From an uncultured Clostridia bacterium (GTDB lineage: Bacteria; Bacillota; Clostridia; Oscillospirales; Acutalibacteraceae): a DNA stretch of 64,000 bases. The DNA lies in assembly GCA_944380725.1 (NCBI GenBank), contig CALWIK010000018.1, positions 3,348-67,347 on the forward strand, given 5' to 3'. The notes under the pieces are model-generated. The model was not told the DNA's origin. It ran no database searches and saw nothing but the letters and a program-made list of their open reading frames with translations. The position numbers and the translations under genes were made by a program. Shown one piece after another: positions 28,414 to 38,876 of the stretch; position 1 is the first letter of the stretch, and every line of letters begins with the position of its first letter.

Positions 28414-29773
28414 TGCGCAGAACCTCTTTGGCAGTAAACCTCATAAATTCGCCCTGCCAATGCAACGGAAGAGCCCTGGTTTCTCCATGACGGTTTTTAG
28501 CTATTATGCACTCTCCACTATTTCTATCTTCATTTTCGTCCACACTTGATTTATCTTTATAGTAGTCGCTTCTATAGAGAAATAAAACAATATCTGCATC
28601 TTGTTCGATAGAGCCAGAATCTCGTAGATCCGATAATAGCGGCCGATGATCGCTTCTCTGCTCGCTGGCACGAGAAAGTTGAGAAAGTGTAACCACAGGA
28701 ACATTAATTTCTTTTGCCATAATTTTTAAATTTCTCGTAATCTCCGAGACCTCCTGTACTCTATTTTCAGATCTTCGGCCACCAGACATCAGCTGTAAAT
28801 AATCTATAACAACCAGATCAACGTTTTTTAAACGTCTAAGTTTTGCCTTCATCTCCGGCACGGTAATTCCAGGTGTATCGTCAAAATAGACTTCTGCTTT
28901 AGATAAAATATCTCCTGCTTCTATCAATCGAATCCATTCATCGTCTTGTAATTTTCCAGTTCTCAACTTTACTCCGCTAACCAATGCTTCCATCGAAAGC
29001 AGCCTAGAAGTAAGCTGTTCTTTTGTCATTTCTAGAGAAAAAAAAGCTACCTTCTTTTTCTCTTTTATTGCCACATGACGTGCAATATTAAGCGCAAAAC
29101 TCGTTTTGCCCATGCCAGGCCTTGCTGCAAGCAAAATTAGGTCCGACCGGTTAAGTCCAGTTATAGTCTCATCTAAATCTTTCATTCCTGTTGGAATTCC
29201 CTGATACAACTGTTTATCATCTGAATTTAACATATCGAGTCTATCAAATGTTTCAATAATTGTCTCACTAATCCGCTGCAACCCTTGCATATTTTTGCCT
29301 TGACGTATATCAAAAATTTTTTGTTCTGCCGAATCCAAAAGCGTTGCAGCATCTTCTGTGCCACCGGATGCCTCTTCGATTATATCTCTGGCCGTTGTAA
29401 TTAAAGTTCTCACATCGTAATTATCTCTAACAATATAAGCATAAGTTTGAGCATTTTTTATCGACGGGACGATTTGGGCGAGCTGTAATAAATATGTTTT
29501 TATATTAGATTCATCAAAATTTTCTTCTTTTTTCAAATTATCAAGAACCGTAATAAAATCGATAGGTTGACCAAGCGTAAACATTTCAAGCATAGTCGAA
29601 TAAATTATTTTGTGGTTTGTCAAATAAAAATAATCTGGCTTTGGCAAGATCTCTGCAACTCTGTCCAAACATTGCGAATCCAACAATACAGCTCCCAAAA
29701 CAGATTGTTCTGCTTCAGCACTAAAAGGTAATTTTAGGCCATCATACCCAGATGTTATTTTAACTTCGTCCAT
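28403..29773 (-). CDS. dnaB: replicative DNA helicase (DnaB family)
   Basis: Walker A ARPGMGKTSFAL, DYLQLM and SQLSR. No intein is present. Confidence 0.94.
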   Translation of the reverse strand: MDEVKITSGYDGLKLPFSAEAEQSVLGAVLLDSQCLDRVAEILPKPDYFYLTNHKIIYSTMLEMFTLGQPIDFITVLDNLKKEENFDESNIKTYLLQLAQIVPSIKNAQTYAYIVRDNYDVRTLITTARDIIEEASGGTEDAATLLDSAEQKIFDIRQGKNMQGLQRISETIIETFDRLDMLNSDDKQLYQGIPTGMKDLDETITGLNRSDLILLAARPGMGKTSFALNIARHVAIKEKKKVAFFSLEMTKEQLTSRLLSMEALVSGVKLRTGKLQDDEWIRLIEAGDILSKAEVYFDDTPGITVPEMKAKLRRLKNVDLVVIDYLQLMSGGRRSENRVQEVSEITRNLKIMAKEINVPVVTLSQLSRASEQRSDHRPLLSDLRDSGSIEQDADIVLFLYRSDYYKDKSSVDENEDRNSGECIIAKNRHGETRALPLHWQGEFMRFTAKEVLRNDY

Positions 29774-29799
29774 TTTTTACTCCTTTTTAGGTCTTCCCC

Positions 29800-30246
29800 T
29801 TATTCCTCTGTAACAAAAACTTTCATCTTAGCTGTTATTCCGTTATGCAACTTAACCTCAATTTCATATGTACCAAGAGATTTTATCTCATTTTTTAAAA
29901 ATATTTTCCTTTTATCTATCGAAATATCATAAATTTTTTTAATCTCAGTCACAATCTCTTTAGCCGTAATAGACCCAAAGAGTCTACCTTCTTCTCCTGC
30001 TTTTGCAACGAGTTTTACTGGCTTCCCATTTAAAATTTCGGCACTCTTTTTAGCTTTTTTTATCTCCTCATCTAATTTATGCTGCATAGCCTTTTTTGCA
30101 TTTTCAAGCTCGTTTATAGCGCCTGGAGTCGCTTCTTTTGCTAGTTTTTTAGGCAACAAAAAATTCCGTGCATATCCATCCGAAATATTTACAATCTCAC
30201 CTTTTTTCCCGCTTCCTTTTACATCGTTCAACAGAATTACTTTCAT
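29800..30246 (-). CDS. rplI: 50S ribosomal protein L9
   Basis: [36 protein letters not shown]. Confidence 0.95.
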   Translation of the reverse strand: MKVILLNDVKGSGKKGEIVNISDGYARNFLLPKKLAKEATPGAINELENAKKAMQHKLDEEIKKAKKSAEILNGKPVKLVAKAGEEGRLFGSITAKEIVTEIKKIYDISIDKRKIFLKNEIKSLGTYEIEVKLHNGITAKMKVFVTEE

Positions 30247-30273
30247 TTTTAGCCCTCCAATAAATCAATTATA

Positions 30274-32211
30274 TCATTTTATAGATGTAATCATTTCGAT
30301 AATTTTTTCTCTAATCTGTTCTAAACTAACGTTTTTTATTTGCACTCCTGCCATCGTCTGATGGCCTCCACCACCAAGTTTTTCCATCAAAAGCTGAACA
30401 TTAACATCTCCCATAGATCTTGCCGAAACATTAACCATATCGTTATCCCAGTATATAACAAAAGAGGCTTTTACTCCCTGAATATCCAATAGTTCATCTG
30501 CTGCTTGTGCCGATGCAATTCGGATATCCTTCATATCTTTTGGTGCAACAGCAACAGCAAAGCTGTTAAAAATCTCGGCCGATGCCACCAATTGATACTT
30601 TTCTTTATAAGTTGCAATTGTATTTGAAAAAAGTCGCTTTACTGAAACAGTATCTGCACCATTTTTTCTTAAAAATGCAGCTGCTTCAAAAGTTCTCACG
30701 CTGGTTTTTAAAACAAAATTTTTGGTATCCAACATGATTCCAGCAAGAAGCGCCTCTGCTTCAGTCGAAGTTAAAAAGTTTTCGCCAAAGTACTGAATCA
30801 ACTCGGTTACCATCTCTGAAGATGACGAGGCTGATGGTTCGTGATAGAACACTAGTGCTTCTTCTATATGGTTAATCATCATTCTGTGGTGATCAATTAC
30901 AACAACACTCTTACATTTTTGATAAACAGAAAAGTCCTCAACGAAGTTTGGAGAGTGAGTATCCAAAATGATCAGCAAAGTTTTATCATTTATCAAACTA
31001 ATTGCACTTTGATCATTTATAAATACTTTTTTTTCTGTAGATCTTTTTACATTATGCACAAGGCTTCCTGCCAAAGTCGAAAATTCATTAAAGACAATAT
31101 AAGCTTCTTTTTTTTGACCCTTAGTTATAGCACTCCACATGCCTATACAAGCTCCAACACTGTCCAAATCTGAATATTTATGCCCCATAATAAGCACAAC
31201 ATCGCTCTGTCTAATATGTTCAAGCAAAGTATTAGCTATAACCCTTGTTCTTACCGCATCTAATTTTTCTGTCCCTTTAGATATTCCTCCAAAAAACGCA
31301 TAGTTACCTTTTTGTTTTACAACTGCTTGATCTCCTCCTCTACCAAGTGCCATTTCTATTGCTTTTTTAGCCCAAAGTTCATTTTCTTTAAGGCTATCGG
31401 CCCCTCTACCAACGCCTATTGATATTGTAGCATATTTTTTATCATCAAGTTTCACATTTCTTATAGACTCAAGAATTTCAAATTTCTTATTAATAAATTC
31501 TCTTAAATATCTCTCCTGAACAATCATCATATAGATATTATCATTAAGTCTTTTAAAGATTCCATTTGCATTTTTTGCCCAATTTTGCAGTTGTTGTTCA
31601 ACCTTTGCTACAATCTGACTACTTTGTTCTACTTCAATATCTCTCAAAAGTTCTTCTTTGTTATCAAACGTAATAAGTATAATAGCCGGGCGACTTTCTA
31701 AATACTCAAAGGTTGATTCTTTATAATAAGTATCATCGATAAAATACAGCACTTTTATTTTGTGATACTCTGCCCCATATACATTATATCTTTTTCCATT
31801 ATAAGAAATATCTGTTCCATTACTTTTTAAAATATCATCGATATTCTTATCATTCAAAAAATTTTCTACTGATTCTCCAACACAAATTTCTTGTTGAGCA
31901 ACCGTTTTTATAAAAATGTCATTAGCAAAAACTATTTCATTTTCAGAACCAACTATAATTGCAGCAAAAGGCGTAAGCTTTAAAAAATTCTCATGGTTAG
32001 AGTGCATTTTTACAGCGTCATTTACTATTATTTTAACATATTTTTTAAATCCCAACATATCCTTAAACGTCAAAATAAATGCCAGCAGAGTTAATATTAA
32101 CTCCACAAAAAAAATATATTTGTTAAAATACCAGCTAGCGCCTGTCATAGCAAGCATCAATATATTTACTGCCAAAATCACTGGAGTTGTGATCCAAACT
32201 TTTTTTTTCAA
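30274..32211 (-). CDS. gdpP: GdpP/YybT-type DHH-DHHA1 phosphodiesterase (cyclic-di-AMP phosphodiesterase family)
   Basis: Two N-terminal TMs, a degenerate GGDEF region, DHH (DHH in VIDHHR) and GGGH in DHHA1. It sits in the conserved yybT-rplI-dnaB context. Confidence 0.85.
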   Translation of the reverse strand: MKKKVWITTPVILAVNILMLAMTGASWYFNKYIFFVELILTLLAFILTFKDMLGFKKYVKIIVNDAVKMHSNHENFLKLTPFAAIIVGSENEIVFANDIFIKTVAQQEICVGESVENFLNDKNIDDILKSNGTDISYNGKRYNVYGAEYHKIKVLYFIDDTYYKESTFEYLESRPAIILITFDNKEELLRDIEVEQSSQIVAKVEQQLQNWAKNANGIFKRLNDNIYMMIVQERYLREFINKKFEILESIRNVKLDDKKYATISIGVGRGADSLKENELWAKKAIEMALGRGGDQAVVKQKGNYAFFGGISKGTEKLDAVRTRVIANTLLEHIRQSDVVLIMGHKYSDLDSVGACIGMWSAITKGQKKEAYIVFNEFSTLAGSLVHNVKRSTEKKVFINDQSAISLINDKTLLIILDTHSPNFVEDFSVYQKCKSVVVIDHHRMMINHIEEALVFYHEPSASSSSEMVTELIQYFGENFLTSTEAEALLAGIMLDTKNFVLKTSVRTFEAAAFLRKNGADTVSVKRLFSNTIATYKEKYQLVASAEIFNSFAVAVAPKDMKDIRIASAQAADELLDIQGVKASFVIYWDNDMVNVSARSMGDVNVQLLMEKLGGGGHQTMAGVQIKNVSLEQIREKIIEMITSIK

Positions 32212-32239
32212 AGAAGCACCCCCGCAAAAGCAAAAAAGA

Positions 32240-34246
32240 CTATACTTCCATAATTATTGGTAAAATCATCGGACTTCTTTTTGTCTGCTCATAGAAAAAC
32301 TTTGATAATTCATCTCTAATTTTAGTTTTCAATATCCCCCATTCACGAATTCCGTCTTTATTACAATCCTCTAAAACTCTAGCAACTTTATTTTTTGCAG
32401 ATTCCATCAATGATTCCGACTCGCGCACATAAACAAACCCTCTCGAAACTATATCCGGCCCCGAAACAATATATCCATTAGAAAAATCAATAGTGCACAC
32501 AACAACTATTAAGCCATCCTGTGCCAAATGTTTTCTGTCTCTCAACACAATGCTTCCAACATCACCAATACCCAAGCCATCAACCAGAACTCTGCCCGCA
32601 GGCACCTTGCCGAGTGGTCTCATATAATTCTGATTAATTTCAACTATATCTCCAATATCTCCAATAAAAATATTTGAATCTTTCATTCCCATATTTTTAG
32701 CTAATTGTGCGTGGTGACGCAGATGTTTTTGTTCTCCATGAACAGGAATAAAATATTTTGGTTTAACGATTCCTTGCATTATTTTCAATTCTTCCTGACA
32801 AGCATGCCCCGAAACATGCACCTCATACATAGACTCATAAACTACAGTACAGCCTTTTTTTAAAAGCTCGTTGACAACCGCTCCAATCATTTTTTCGTTG
32901 CCAGGAATTGGGTTTGCAGAAATTATGATAAAGTCGTCAGGCCCCACCTCAACTTTTTTATGATCAGAGTACGCCATCCTAGTCAGAGCAGACATAGGTT
33001 CCCCCTGGCTCCCAGTAGTTAATAAAACAGTTTTTTCTTTCGGATATTTATTCAACAGGTCTATATCAATTATAACTCCTTCTGGAATATTAAGGAACCC
33101 AAGTTCACCTGCAATATCCATATAATTTATCATGCTTCTGCCCGAAAACGCAACTTTTCTGTCATATTTTGCTGCACAGTTCACAATCTGCTGAATTCTT
33201 GCAATATTTGAAGCAAAAGAAGCTATAATAATTCTATTATTTTCTGCTCGTCTAAAAAGCTTTTCAAACGAAGCCATAACTTTTTGCTCGGTGGTAGTAT
33301 ACCCAGCGCGTTCGGCATTTGTAGAGTCCGCAAAAAAAGCCAATACACCCTCTGCACTAACTTGCGCAAATCGTCCAAGATCAATCATTTTTCCCTGAAG
33401 CGGAGTACAATCTATTTTAAAGTCTCCAGTATGCACAAGAGTTCCTGCCGGAGAATAAATAGCAACACCCACAGCATCAGGAATCGAGTGATTAACGTGA
33501 ATAAATTCGACTTGCATGCACCCAAGTTTTACTTTTTGACCTGCTTTAACCACATTCAACTTTGCCTTATTGAGCAGATTATGTTCTTTTAGTTTTCCTT
33601 CAATCAGACCAATAGTAAAAGATGTGCCATAAATTGGGATGTTCACCTTTTTTAACAAATATGGCAACGCTCCAATATGATCCTCATGGCCGTGAGTAAT
33701 CACCACACCTTTTACTTTATCGATATTTTTTTCTATATAAGAAAATTCTGGTATTACAAGGTCTACTCCAAGCATGTCACCATCCGGAAAGGTCATGCCG
33801 CAGTCCAGCACAAACATGTCTCCTTCGCACTCAAATACAGTAATATTTTTACCTATTTCATTAAGTCCACCCAAAAATGCCACTTTTATAGATGGCATAT
33901 TCGATTTTTTATTTCCAGCATATCTGCTGCTTTTTTTTGTAGAAATTTTTTTCAAATTATTGTTTGAGCCATCAGAAATTTTCTTTTTGTTATTAACCTT
34001 TTGATTTTTATTGGTTTTATTAGTAGACTCTTTTCTTTCTATAATTTTTTTTGAGTTTTTATTATTCTTTTCAGATCCGTCAGAATTAATTTTTTTAATA
34101 TTTAAATTGGTTTTGCTCTCTGTGGGCACACTTTTAGCCGATAAAATCTGATCAGCTTGTTTATTAATCATCCTCGAGGGATGTTGTTTTTTAGGAGCAA
34201 TTGGCAAAGATCTAGCTCCATTTAAATTATCTTTTTGATTTATCAT
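32240..34246 (-). CDS. rnj: ribonuclease J with a ~115-aa Lys/Asn/Ser-rich N-terminal extension
   Basis: Beta-lactamase/beta-CASP core (ITHGHEDHIG) begins at MPSIKVAFLGG. The extension is open in frame up to the ATG at 34246, which has GGAGG 12 nt upstream. Confidence 0.88.
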   Translation of the reverse strand: MINQKDNLNGARSLPIAPKKQHPSRMINKQADQILSAKSVPTESKTNLNIKKINSDGSEKNNKNSKKIIERKESTNKTNKNQKVNNKKKISDGSNNNLKKISTKKSSRYAGNKKSNMPSIKVAFLGGLNEIGKNITVFECEGDMFVLDCGMTFPDGDMLGVDLVIPEFSYIEKNIDKVKGVVITHGHEDHIGALPYLLKKVNIPIYGTSFTIGLIEGKLKEHNLLNKAKLNVVKAGQKVKLGCMQVEFIHVNHSIPDAVGVAIYSPAGTLVHTGDFKIDCTPLQGKMIDLGRFAQVSAEGVLAFFADSTNAERAGYTTTEQKVMASFEKLFRRAENNRIIIASFASNIARIQQIVNCAAKYDRKVAFSGRSMINYMDIAGELGFLNIPEGVIIDIDLLNKYPKEKTVLLTTGSQGEPMSALTRMAYSDHKKVEVGPDDFIIISANPIPGNEKMIGAVVNELLKKGCTVVYESMYEVHVSGHACQEELKIMQGIVKPKYFIPVHGEQKHLRHHAQLAKNMGMKDSNIFIGDIGDIVEINQNYMRPLGKVPAGRVLVDGLGIGDVGSIVLRDRKHLAQDGLIVVVCTIDFSNGYIVSGPDIVSRGFVYVRESESLMESAKNKVARVLEDCNKDGIREWGILKTKIRDELSKFFYEQTKRSPMILPIIMEV

Positions 34247-34547
34247 TGTAAAAAAATACCTCCATAAACATAAAATAAATTTATAGTTTTAATTATAAAA
34301 ACTTAAACAATTAAAATAATTCTCCGCAAACGGTGCCGGAGCAAATTGAATATAAAGCAAAAATTTTATAATTAAATAAACATAGTAACAGATTCAAAAA
34401 CAAATCTATTACCAAAACCGACCACTTAATATTATTGTAATTTTAACATTTTGATTATATACCTGTCAAGCAAAACATATATAAACTGTTAATAAATATT
34501 ATTATCCAACAAGAGCAACGCTAGTCGTTTAAATATAATTTGTTTGC

Positions 34548-34576
34548 TTGATATAACCTTATTTTGCTGATATAAT
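34548..34576 (+). promoter_or_regulatory. promoter of rnhA
   Basis: TTGATA (34548-34553), 17 nt, TGaTATAAT (extended -10; -10 at 34571-34576). Confidence 0.55.
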
Positions 34577-34612
34577 AATTAAAAATCAAATAATTTATTT
34601 TTAAAAAGAGAG

Positions 34613-35113
34613 GTGTATGTGCGACTAACAAGCATAGCTCTGCAAGTTAGACGTACAAAATATTTGAAAAAAGTTGATGTTTTTACAGATGGCTCCTGTT
34701 TGGGTAATCCTGGTCCTGGCGGATGGGGCGCAATTTTACGTTATAATGGATACGAAAAAGAAATTTTCGGAAGCCAACCTGTAACCACAAATAATCGTAT
34801 GGAACTTATTGCTGTTATAGAGGCGCTTAAATTGCTTAAAGAGCCTTGTAAAATTACCATTTATAGCGACTCAAAATATTTATGTGATGCAATTTTAAAA
34901 GGCTGGGCTAAAAAGTGGCAAAGCAATGGTTGGCGTCGGTCAGATAAATCTCCCGCACTTAATTCGGATCTATGGGGAGAACTCCTTGCTCTTATCGATA
35001 AGCATAACGTAGAGATAGTTTGGGTCAAAGGTCACGCTGGCCATCCAGAAAATGAACGTTGCGATAAATTAGCTGTCTCTGCGGCAGCTAAAGCTAGCCA
35101 GAGGTCTCTTTAG
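34613..35113 (+). CDS. rnhA: ribonuclease HI
   Basis: [26 protein letters not shown] and [14 protein letters not shown]. The true start is probably GTG 34619 or TTG 34664. Confidence 0.88.
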   Translation: MYVRLTSIALQVRRTKYLKKVDVFTDGSCLGNPGPGGWGAILRYNGYEKEIFGSQPVTTNNRMELIAVIEALKLLKEPCKITIYSDSKYLCDAILKGWAKKWQSNGWRRSDKSPALNSDLWGELLALIDKHNVEIVWVKGHAGHPENERCDKLAVSAAAKASQRSL

Positions 35114-35182
35114 TCTCTTGAACAAAATTTTTTATAGTTATATAATATTCTTAATAAATAAATTTTTGTGAAGGTGACTCTT

Positions 35183-36364
35183 ATGGAGAAAATTATATAT
35201 GCAGATAATGCTGCAACTACTTCTGTTTCTAAAATTGCATTAAACGCTATGTTACCATTTTACGAATCACAGTTTGGCAATCCTTCTAGTGTCTATTTAT
35301 TGGGGCAAGCTGCCAAAAAGGCCATAGAAGATGCTAGAGAAATTATTGCAAGCTGTTTGGGCTCTAATTCTAATGAAATTTTTTTTACGTCCTGTGGCAG
35401 CGAGTCTAATAACTGGGCTATTAAAGGTGTTGCTCATAACCTAATAAAAAAAGGCAAAAATCATATAATTACATCTAAATTCGAACATCACGCTGTTTTG
35501 CATCCTATTAAGTCTCTCGAAAAAGAAGGCTTTTCAGTTACTTATCTAGACGTTCATGAGGACGGGATCATTCGTGTAGCTGAACTTGAACAGGCTATTA
35601 CGGATAAAACTGCACTAGTTACCGTTATGTACGCTAATAACGAGATTGGAACCATCCAGCCTATTAAAGAAATTGGCAATATTTGTCGTAAACATAAAGT
35701 TCTGTTTCATACCGATGCAGTACAGGCTGTAGGCAATATTAAAATTGACGTAAATGATCAAAATATCGATATGTTATCTATCTCAGCCCATAAATTTCAT
35801 GGACCTAAAGGTGTTGGTGCACTTTATGTCCGGCGTGGGATTGCGCTCGATCAGCTTATTGAAGGCGGAGCTCAAGAACGAGGACGTCGAGCCGGAACGG
35901 AAAACGTTGCGGGAATTGTTGGTATGGCAGCCGCGTTAAAAGTTGCTTGCGATGGAATGATTAAACGTGAAGAAAAATTAACTGCAATGCGCGATAAACT
36001 TATAGAAAATCTATCAAAAATTGAGTACTCTCGGCTAAACGGGCATAGAACCAAAAGATTGGCTGGCAATGTGAATATGAGCTTTAATGGCATTGAAGGA
36101 GAATCTTTGCTTTTGATGTTAGAATCTAAGGGAATATGTGCGTCGTCTGGATCTGCATGCACTTCTGGATCGCTCGATCCAAGCCATGTTTTGTTGGCAA
36201 TTGGATTGCCACACGAAATTGCCCATGGCTCATTAAGACTCTCACTTAGCGATGAAAATTCAATGGATGATGTTGATTATATTATAGACGTTTTGCCGCC
36301 TATTGTAGAAAAATTAAGAAGCATGTCTCCACTGTGGGAGAAAATTATTGCCAAAAATAAATAA
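35183..36364 (+). CDS. nifS: cysteine desulfurase (NifS/IscS class I)
   Basis: SAHKFHGPKG (PLP lysine) and SSGSACTS (active Cys). ATG at 35183 follows GAAGGTGA. Confidence 0.92.
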   Translation: MEKIIYADNAATTSVSKIALNAMLPFYESQFGNPSSVYLLGQAAKKAIEDAREIIASCLGSNSNEIFFTSCGSESNNWAIKGVAHNLIKKGKNHIITSKFEHHAVLHPIKSLEKEGFSVTYLDVHEDGIIRVAELEQAITDKTALVTVMYANNEIGTIQPIKEIGNICRKHKVLFHTDAVQAVGNIKIDVNDQNIDMLSISAHKFHGPKGVGALYVRRGIALDQLIEGGAQERGRRAGTENVAGIVGMAAALKVACDGMIKREEKLTAMRDKLIENLSKIEYSRLNGHRTKRLAGNVNMSFNGIEGESLLLMLESKGICASSGSACTSGSLDPSHVLLAIGLPHEIAHGSLRLSLSDENSMDDVDYIIDVLPPIVEKLRSMSPLWEKIIAKNK

Positions 36365-36388
36365 ATTTATAAAGAAGGAGTGATTTTT

Positions 36389-36832
36389 ATGGCATATAGT
36401 GAAAAAGTTATGGATCATTTTGCTAACCCAAGAAACGTTGGCGAAATGCTAGAAGCCGACGGTATTGGTGAAGTTGGGAATCCAAAATGCGGCGATATCA
36501 TGAAGATGTACATTAAAGTTAAAGATAATGTTATAACTGATGTGAAATTTAAAACATTTGGCTGTGGAGCAGCAATTGCAACCAGTTCTATGGCAACAGA
36601 ACTTATAAAAGGAAAGACTATCGATGAGGCGCTAAAGCTTACAAATAAGGCCGTTATGGAAGCTCTGGATGGCTTGCCTCCAGTCAAGATCCATTGTTCT
36701 GTTTTGGCTGAGCAAGCAATAAAATCTGCTATTGCGGATTATTACACTAAAAAAGGAATTAATCCTACTCCAATTGTCGGAGAGATTCCATGTTGCGATC
36801 ACGAGCACGGAAGTTGCAATTGTGTAGAATAA
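36389..36832 (+). CDS. nifU: Fe-S cluster assembly scaffold NifU/IscU
   Basis: GNPKCGD, FGCGAAIATSS and PVKIHCS. ATG at 36389 follows AAGGAG. Confidence 0.92.
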   Translation: MAYSEKVMDHFANPRNVGEMLEADGIGEVGNPKCGDIMKMYIKVKDNVITDVKFKTFGCGAAIATSSMATELIKGKTIDEALKLTNKAVMEALDGLPPVKIHCSVLAEQAIKSAIADYYTKKGINPTPIVGEIPCCDHEHGSCNCVE

Positions 36833-36847
36833 AAATCTTAGATTATT

Positions 36848-36882
36848 AAATCCATCGAGCTAATGGCAAGATGGATTTTTTA
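36848..36882. terminator. convergent terminator between nifU and hisS
   Basis: AAATCCATC (36848-36856) / GATGGATTT (36870-36878) followed by a T-run. Confidence 0.65.
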
Positions 36883-36894
36883 TCTTTTATTAAA

Positions 36895-38172
36895 TTAATT
36901 TGTTAAAATGTTTTTAACTTCAATAAAAAAATTATTATCTAGGCTAATCACAAATTTTTCTCCTGAATCCATATTTTTTATCTCAGCTTTTTTTTCCGCA
37001 AGTTCTTTTTCGCCTAAAACCAGCAAAAATTTGGCATTAATTTTGTTTGCATATTTAAGTTGAGCTTTAAGACTTTTTTCAACGATATCAAACTCTGCAT
37101 AAAAAGAAGCTTCTCGCAATATTTTTGACAAAGATAGCGCTTTAGCCTGTGCAGATTTGTCTGCTGTTGCAATAAATACATCGCAACGGTTTGGTTTTGG
37201 AATTTCTATTCCCTGTGACTGCATTAAGAGAATCAGGCGTTCTATTCCTATTCCAAAACCAACTGCAGGTGTCGTAGGTCCACCTATTTCCTCAATCAAA
37301 CCGTCGTATCTTCCTCCACCGCCGCAGACTAAATTTCTATTAGAATCTAAACTCGAAACAAACTCAAAAACTGTTCGGGTATAATAATCGAGGCCTCTAA
37401 CAATTTTAGGATTTATCTTATAGGTAATGCCGGCACCGTTTAAATAATTTTTTACATCATTAAAGTGCAGCCTACAGTCTTTGCATAAAAAATCGATAAT
37501 ACTAGGTGCATCTGCTGCAATTTTTTGGCAATCAGGATTTTTACAATCCACTATTCTCATAGGATTTTTTTCAAGTCTAACGATACAAGTCGAGCAAAGA
37601 TTCTCACGGTACTTCTCAAAATATTTTTTTAAGGCAGATCGATACTCCTGCCTACATTTAGGACATCCAATAGAGTTAATCTCTAGCGACAGATCCAATA
37701 TTCCTAACCGCTCAAATAAAGTAGTTGCCAAACAGATAATTTCTACATCTGCTTCTGGAGAAGCTGCTCCAAAAGTCTCGACCCCAAACTGATAAAACTC
37801 CCTATATCTTCCTGATTGAGGTTTTTCATATCTATAACAAGGTGTAATATAAGTTAACTTTAAAGGAACTCCATCGTTCAAAAGGCCATGCTCTAGCACA
37901 GCCCTAACCGCAGCAACAGTACCTTCTGGTTTTAGTGTTAAAGAGCGGCCTCCTTTATCATTAAACGTATACATTTCTTTTTGAACTATATCCGTGTCAT
38001 CTCCAACGCCTCTATCAAAAAGTTCTGTATGCTCAAATACAGGAGTTCGAATTTCTTTAAATCCATACAAATTTGCCTCATTCAGCATAATATTCTGAAC
38101 AAACTTCCATTTATAACTATCTGCTGGCAATATGTCCTGCGTACCTCTAACCGCTTTTGTTAATAAATTCAT
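36895..38172 (-). CDS. hisS: histidyl-tRNA synthetase
   Basis: Class II motifs including FRYEKPQSGRYREFYQ and GGGRYDGL. Confidence 0.94.
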   Translation of the reverse strand: MNLLTKAVRGTQDILPADSYKWKFVQNIMLNEANLYGFKEIRTPVFEHTELFDRGVGDDTDIVQKEMYTFNDKGGRSLTLKPEGTVAAVRAVLEHGLLNDGVPLKLTYITPCYRYEKPQSGRYREFYQFGVETFGAASPEADVEIICLATTLFERLGILDLSLEINSIGCPKCRQEYRSALKKYFEKYRENLCSTCIVRLEKNPMRIVDCKNPDCQKIAADAPSIIDFLCKDCRLHFNDVKNYLNGAGITYKINPKIVRGLDYYTRTVFEFVSSLDSNRNLVCGGGGRYDGLIEEIGGPTTPAVGFGIGIERLILLMQSQGIEIPKPNRCDVFIATADKSAQAKALSLSKILREASFYAEFDIVEKSLKAQLKYANKINAKFLLVLGEKELAEKKAEIKNMDSGEKFVISLDNNFFIEVKNILTN

Positions 38173-38202
38173 AAAAATAAACTCCCAAATTCAAAATAAA
38201 TT

Positions 38203-38234
38203 AAAAAATAACCGACAAATCTAGCTTGCCGGTT
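38203..38234 (-). terminator. intrinsic terminator after mgsA, about 30 nt upstream of the hisS SD
   Basis: Minus-strand RNA forms AACCGGCAA-loop-UUGUCGGUU (9 bp, one G.U) followed by AUUUUUU. Confidence 0.6.
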
Positions 38235-38251
38235 TAAATATGTACTTAAAA

Positions 38252-38656
38252 TTAACTATGCGGACTAACAATATTTCTCCATTCCAGATCTCCTCTATCG
38301 AGTCCATGAATTAAAACCTCCGCTGTAGCAATATTAGTAGCCAACGGGATCCCATGCATGTCGCAAAGTCGGAGCAAACTTTCGTCGTTAGCGTCCATAG
38401 TATTTTGCCTCATAGGGTCTCTAAAGAATAGTAACATATCAACCTCATTACAAGCGATTCTTGCCGCGATTTGTTGCATACCGCCCTGAGTTCCGCTTAA
38501 AAACCTTTGAATTTTAAGTCCAGTAGCCTCAGAGATCATTTTGCCAGTAATTCCCGTTCCACATAGATTATGTTTATTTAAAATCCCTGAATAAGCAATG
38601 CAAAACTGTACTATTAATTCTTTTTTAGCATCATGAGCTATAAGCGCAATATTCAT
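38252..38656 (-). CDS. mgsA: methylglyoxal synthase
   Basis: IALIAHDAKK, CGTGITG and FFRDP. Confidence 0.92.
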   Translation of the reverse strand: MNIALIAHDAKKELIVQFCIAYSGILNKHNLCGTGITGKMISEATGLKIQRFLSGTQGGMQQIAARIACNEVDMLLFFRDPMRQNTMDANDESLLRLCDMHGIPLATNIATAEVLIHGLDRGDLEWRNIVSPHS

Positions 38657-38876
38657 AAAAATTCACTCCTAATATAATAAATATACACAAAGTATATACA
38701 TAAATCAACAAAAAACGAAGCCTACAAATAGTAGACAAAAATCTCATAAAAAGGATTATATCACAAATAAAAACGAAATTCAATAAAAAATGCAAAAATT
38801 TACAACTAACAGAATAATTATACACCTTATTTAGGGTAAAAATCAACTACTTTTTTATAAAAATATATTAAACATT

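Noticed and set aside
38631-38846. 71-aa minus-strand ORF upstream of and overlapping the mgsA start
   Set aside because: The translation is AT-rich and Phe/Ile/Leu/Cys-heavy, with no SD, and it overlaps the mgsA promoter and SD region. It is most likely spurious.
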